This document shows positions 57,761-64,000 of a stretch of DNA of 64,000 nucleotides, piece after piece. The stretch is from the human T2T-CHM13v2.0 reference genome, Homo sapiens: the NCBI RefSeq assembly GCF_009914755.1, contig NC_060925.1; one strand, 5' to 3'. Both the position numbers and the translations under genes were made by a program. The notes under the pieces were generated by a model that searched no databases, was not told the DNA's origin, and saw only the letters and a list, made by a program, of their open reading frames with translations. The number at the start of each line of letters is the position of its first letter. Position 1 is the stretch's first letter.

Positions 57761-59542
57761 TTTAAGGTTTTCACCTTGGTATCCCAGTAACCCAGACGTA
57801 AGTCGTGTCACTTAGGTGGCTATTGCGTGTGACTACATGCATGCTGATTTTTTCCTTATTCTGAGAATGTTGACGGAATAGTTCTGCTTGTATGTGAACA
57901 AAACTTACCCTCAGAAGTATAACTATATCATGTCTATAAGCCACTGTTAAAAATACCTCAATGCTTCCTTATAATCTATGCAGTAAATCATCAAAATATA
58001 TACAAATTTAATAGTTAAAACTTTTTAATGGCAGCAACATTTATGGGAGAGAAAGTTAGAAACAACTTTCTTAGAAATGTTTAACTTAATTTTCATATAA
58101 CTCTGACTTTATTGTTACCATGTAAATTACCGAGGCATAATAAGTAGTCCAACACATTTTAATTTTGTTTTCTTCATAAGAAATAAACGTAGTAGCTTTA
58201 TTTTCCATCAATTGAATTAAATATAATTAGTCTTAAATAATATAATTACAAAGTTTTCTTTTCAATTAGACCTTTATATACTTGTAACAAAAACTGCTTG
58301 TGATTCTGTGTACTATATCTAAACAAGTGTCATTATGACCTAAAAGCTTTACGCCTTTTATGTACTTTAGTCTGAAACATTTACTGCTACTATTACATTT
58401 TGCAATTACAGTGAAGTGAGGCAGAAAATAGCAGTTCAAAAATGTATTCAAGTAATGAAGTTGGAACCATTAGTTTCAAGGCTCTTGTTATTTTAGTAAA
58501 TATTTAATCTTTCTAGCAGCATGGGTTCCTAATTGATCTTTAAGTATTATTGTTCTTGGACATTTCTAATCGACTTCTAATTGCTACATTAAGGCAGTTA
58601 GGGAATAAAATGTAATGGATGGTGGAGACTTTTACAGTACACTTAATCAACAGAATATAGTAAAACTTATAACTCATTTCCATTATTGAAATTTGAATCA
58701 AAATACACTAAAGTCTACCTTTATATCCATCTTCTTATTTTGAAGAGTTCTACTGATCTAAAGAAATCCATAAATAATGTATTCCATTTATGCTAAGATA
58801 GATATGTGCAATAAATTATTAAGATGTGATTTAAAATCTCTTTTAATAATAGTTATTTTTGGTAATTCCCAGGTTCCTATGTATTTCATTTTAATTTTAT
58901 TCAGATCACCTTTAATTTTCATGTATATCTATCTCTTTATCTCCCTAACTTATAGAAAGTGAACCAGTTCATTCATTTATGAGAAATGTATTGAACATTT
59001 AAATTATAAGCAAGGTAGTATAAACTCAAGAAATATAAAACAAAGTCCTTCACTTATTGTTAATAATAGTTGCATAGACACCAGACGATAACTCTTACAT
59101 TCCACATCAGATCCAGATGGAACAAGACCTGAGAGACATAGCTAGAGAAACTCTTCTGCTGATTCTATTTGAGCTCCTTTAGCTGCTTAAAACTTACAAA
59201 CCACTCAATTTTTCAATTCCATAGTGAATCTATGAATTCACTTTTTTCTTCTCTTCTTTTTTTTTAATGTTAACAGGAATTTGGAAGAATGCTTTTTATA
59301 ATATATTTTAGTTAGATCTTTTCATACAAAAGAGGAAGAATAGTAAAATAAATGAATTGGTAATGAGGTCATTGAATCTCTTAATTTGATTATATCTCAC
59401 TATTTTTCTTTTCTGAAATTATGAATAGTAGTTAATTACTAATTCCCACTTCATTTTAGATTCATGTTTTGTCATTCAAAAATAACAAAAAGTTTCTGGA
59501 AACATGACAGGATATTATTTGAATTAAGCATTACTCAGCTTT

Positions 59543-59852
<310 letters not shown>

Positions 59853-60828
59853 TTAATATATTAACTAAGTCAAGAGATTTTACTAAATTTCAATTGAGAC
59901 TCAAATTTATAGAATAGAAATGCATTATTATATTACAGTTGAAGTAGCTTATGTTCAATTTAGGGAAGCACTGAATACCATAAATCTGAAATGATGAGCT
60001 GGTCATACCCTTTGACTATTGGAATCATGATAAATCTAGTCTTCATTGAATTTACTTATTAAATTTGGTCAATTTCTAAAAGGTAATTTATTTCCTCATT
60101 ATACTTGTGATGAGAGTGGTTAGCTACAGAACTGTTTAATTATGAAAAAAAATTCTGAAAAACTGGCTAATTAAAGTTACTAAACTTCTTGATGTTTTTC
60201 CTAATTAAGCCTAAGGGAAATATAAAGAGTATTTTCAATTAAAATAAACTATATAAATATACTGACTGCTGCAATTTGAAATTTGTTCCTTACTTACATC
60301 TAAAGATTTATAAGTCATAGTGCATCCAAGGAAAAATCAATCTTAAAACTTATTTAATAAAAAATAAGCAAATAAATTTGTCTTAAAATGTTATGTAATT
60401 TCAAAAGAAAAAACATAAAGAGAGAAAGAAAAGATGGTTTCGTATTATAAAACTCTTGATGTCAGAGACAATATATTATGATTTTTTTTAAATTAACAAT
60501 ATCTAATCAGGATTATGGGAAGATTTTTTTCACTTCAGAAGGAAATAAATATAGATTTAATTCCTTAAAATAATCAGAAGGAGGAAAATATTCAAAGTGG
60601 GAAGAAAACAATCAGTGAGAATATACGTTAATTATTAATTATAATTAATTAAAAAGTGGCAGTTGAATCATTCAGTTGGAAAATTTTAACACAGTTTATT
60701 AGGAAAATTATTAAAAGTTGAACTTTTTAATTTTTCAGTAGAAATTTTAAGAAGAAATATATGAGATGAATTTTTGTACTTTAATCAATTGATTGAATGA
60801 AACATAATTACTTATATGGTACTCTTGA

Positions 60829-61171
<343 letters not shown>

Positions 61172-61189
61172 TGAGAAACTTTTAATTGA

Positions 61190-61620
61190 ACGAAACTAAA
61201 TTCACTACAATAAGGGAAAAACCATCTGTCTCATTCTTAGCATCATCTCAGAAGGGAAAGTCAAAGGCGGGATAAGATGCGGACTCTGTGGTCTGGGTAA
61301 AGTAATTTAAGGTGGATTTCTCATGATGGGGAATTGCTTTAGATTTGGCATTTGGCATTTGATGATATTTGATTTGGCATTATTCATGCTATTAGGATTG
61401 GACAGACTGAAGCAAGGATCTTGAAGTGAATGTTGATGAGCACACTGCTGTTTGATAAACGAGCCAATTGTTATCATCTGATAAACTGACCTCTTATAAT
61501 TCCAGTAAATAGCGAAGTTATTTATTGGTTCATGCTCTTATATGTCTTTGGTATAAATTTCCTCAAAGAAACAACTAAGTTATATTAATGTGGGTAGACT
61601 ACCATTCTATTAGTCGTGTT
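61190..61620 (-). mobile_element. Probable old ERV1 solo-LTR remnant (MER67-like), family uncertain
   Basis: CATCATCTCAGAAGGG...AGGATTGGACAGACT...AAGTTATTTATTGGTTCA...AAACAACTAAGTTAT resembles antisense MER67-group LTRs. Confidence 0.4.
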
Positions 61621-61644
61621 GCCAAAGACAGCTTTGATGATTAC

Positions 61645-61810
61645 ACTTAACTATATGCCTGATCTTGTTTTATGTGCTTTTTAATTAGCTAATTTAATTC
61701 TCATCAAAAATTTGTGGATTTTTCATGTTGTATTCTTATCCTTATTTTACAGATGAATAAATTGAGTATCAGAAAGGTTAAGAAGCTTGTCCAGGGTCAA
61801 ACCACTATGT
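61645..61810 (-). mobile_element. MIR fragment
   Basis: ATTTAATTCTCA...ATTTTACAGATGAATAAATTGAG...AGAAAGGTTAAG...CTTGTCCAGGGTCA. Confidence 0.8.
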
Positions 61811-62127
61811 AAACATTTCTATATAAATCTGTTCATAGTGTTTATCTTTGAAGTAGAGGCGTTGTAGAGAGATGGGGAGGTGGAAGAAAGGTTGAATAAA
61901 GGGTTATTACATTCTATTGCTTGTTATTGTTATTAATAAATAAATGTATAAATACTGAAAATAAAATAATCGAGAGCTGGCATTGAGGTATTTCTTTTTT
62001 CAAGTTTTTCACCTCAGATATTTGGAAACTTTACAGTGATCAAATTGTTTCTTTTCATTCAAAATACTAGTATTTTCAAAGACAACTAAAAATGTGATTT
62101 AGAAAAGAATTTTGTCAGTAGAGTGCC

Positions 62128-62514
62128 CTTAATGTTTTTGTGTATCTATATAATATACATATATATACACGCATATATAAATATAAGATGCTGTCAAAAT
62201 AACATACAGAAATGTAACATACCATTATATTGGCAAAATTCTCTTCTAAATCATATTTTTAGTTGAGTCTGTAAACAGAAGTATTTCAAATAAAAAGTAT
62301 TTAATACTAACAACAACATATATGCATGTCTTTAATGTTTTTGTGTACAATCTCTATATTTTTAGGTACTTTCAAAGTAACATATACGGAAATATAACAG
62401 GCCACGATATTGGCAAAATTCTTTTCAAATTGTGTTTTCAGGTGATTTTGAAAATATTAGTATTTGAAATAAAAGTATTTACTTACTAACAATAATATAT
62501 ATGCATGCCTTTAA
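62128..62514. repeat. Old diverged ~200-bp tandem duplication
   Basis: TTAATGTTTTTGTGTA (62129 / 62332), ATATTGGCAAAATTCT, AGTATTT.AAATAAAAG and TACTAACAA...ATATATGCATG each occur twice in the same order. Confidence 0.88.
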
Positions 62515-62929
62515 GGATTTGCTTATCAAAGAGTGAAAATAATTTGGTTCTGCATGCTGATGAATGTAACAGGTGTTTATTAGGGCTATGTTTAAGACCA
62601 CATTTTTGCAAATGCCATTGCAAATGTGTGAATTTCTAAAACCAAAATTGTGGTCTACTATTGAAGAATTTAAAACAAGAATAAATAGTAGAATGAATAT
62701 ATGTATATCTGATATGCTAAAGGAATAATAGGTTGTATGATGTCATATGTTACAAAAGTGTTTTATCTCATGTAAATAATAAAATAAAATATTTTTTCTA
62801 ATCACAATGTATATATTTTTGGAAAGGTCTCTGATGCATTATTTACCTAATGTGTCTAAAATTTATGATAGAAGTATTATAGTGTTACAACTCATTGGTA
62901 CAACTAGATTAAAATAGAATTTTCTGACT

Positions 62930-64000
62930 AAGTTAGACAGAAGGGGCTTTTATTCTATAGAGAGGAGAAAGGCGATTTCAGGAAATGCAAAGAGATTGAT
63001 CAGAAGAAGCAGTTTTAAAAGGCCCTCCATGTTTTCAAGAAATTACAAGAAGTCCAGGATGACTATAGATTTCAAATAAGAGAAAAAAAATAGCTATCTA
63101 AAGATAGATCAAAATGAACTTTGGAATATGGAGTTTGGTCTAATACTTCTTATAAAGAATTGTCTATGATATATTTGAGTAAGGAAGTGAAATTATATTT
63201 TCCTTTTAGAAAGATTATAATGTTAGCAAAATATGATACTGTGGAAAACTGATTTTAGTATGGGAAGTATCAAGGACCTCAATTAGGAAATATCTGAATC
63301 ATTTTCATCAAGGGAGTTAAGTCTGACCAAGATTTGAAATCAAACTGAATAAAATTCTAATTATACCTTTGCTATTTAGTACCTATAAGGGACTTACTCA
63401 CACTAGAAATTATGAGTGATCATTATGTGAAATAATGTTTGAAAATCCTTTAGTATAGATTCTAGCACCTAGTGAGCAGCAAGATATGATACTATGTTAT
63501 CTGTATGTGTGTGTCTGCATGCGTGTGTGTGCATTTCTACGTCTTTGAAATACGAGTGATTTTCAAAGCATAACCAATAAGCAGTGTTTAACAAATAGAG
63601 TTTAACAAATACAGTGCACCGACATGCACAATCAAAATGCAATCTAGAAGACTTGAGAGTCAATTCACAATTATCATCACCAATAATGGCTATGAGGAGT
63701 AAAGGACAGGTGAATTAGTAGATAGGAGATTGTGGGTTCCTCAAGATAGAGAAGACAGAAAAAGATCTAGGTTTAAGAGAAAGAACAAAATTTAGCTTTG
63801 TATATGCTGCATTAGAGATGATAGTAGGAAAACATAAAATTGACCTGCAGCAGTATTTGATGAGGGGTCAAGAGACCAGTGATGGAACAAGGGTAAATAA
63901 TGTGAATGTTAAACAGCGCAAAAGAAGGGTTTAGATACCGCATGATGAACTATCAAAAAGCAGTGTTGCTAATATGAATGCAATGTTTCAGCTTTTAGAA
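62930..64000 (-). mobile_element. L2 remnants with an intervening MIR-like piece (about 63340-63470)
   Basis: ATTTCAGGAAATGCAAAG, GGAGTTTGG...TTTAGAAAGATTA, TTTAGCTTTGTATATGCTGCATTAGAGATG. Confidence 0.55.

Overview
This window is AT-rich, CpG-poor primate DNA, most likely human (AluY, AluS and AluJ are all present). It looks like a gene desert or the interior of a very long intron. I find no credible protein-coding gene, RNA gene, CpG island or CRISPR array. Every longer ORF in the track is explained by an Alu, a decayed L1 or LTR, a low-complexity repeat, or chance. The recognisable content is fossil mobile DNA: a 5.5 kb L1MA-type LINE that appears to lack ORF1 and is nested in an older L1, 12 Alus, many L1/L2/MIR fragments, MaLR/ERVL solo LTRs, and DNA-transposon MITEs (Tigger3a, MER1B, MER53, MER58A, MER3, MER63-like). 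Microsatellites, two polypyrimidine tracts and several local tandem duplications are also present. I did not find a defensible novel biological system. The best leads are a candidate recursive-splice (ratchet-point) motif at 15199-15254 in a repeat-poor block, a perfect 17-bp hairpin at 41573-41618, and several readable rearrangement histories. Repeat subfamily names come from remembered consensus motifs, not a database search, and boundaries of old elements are approximate.
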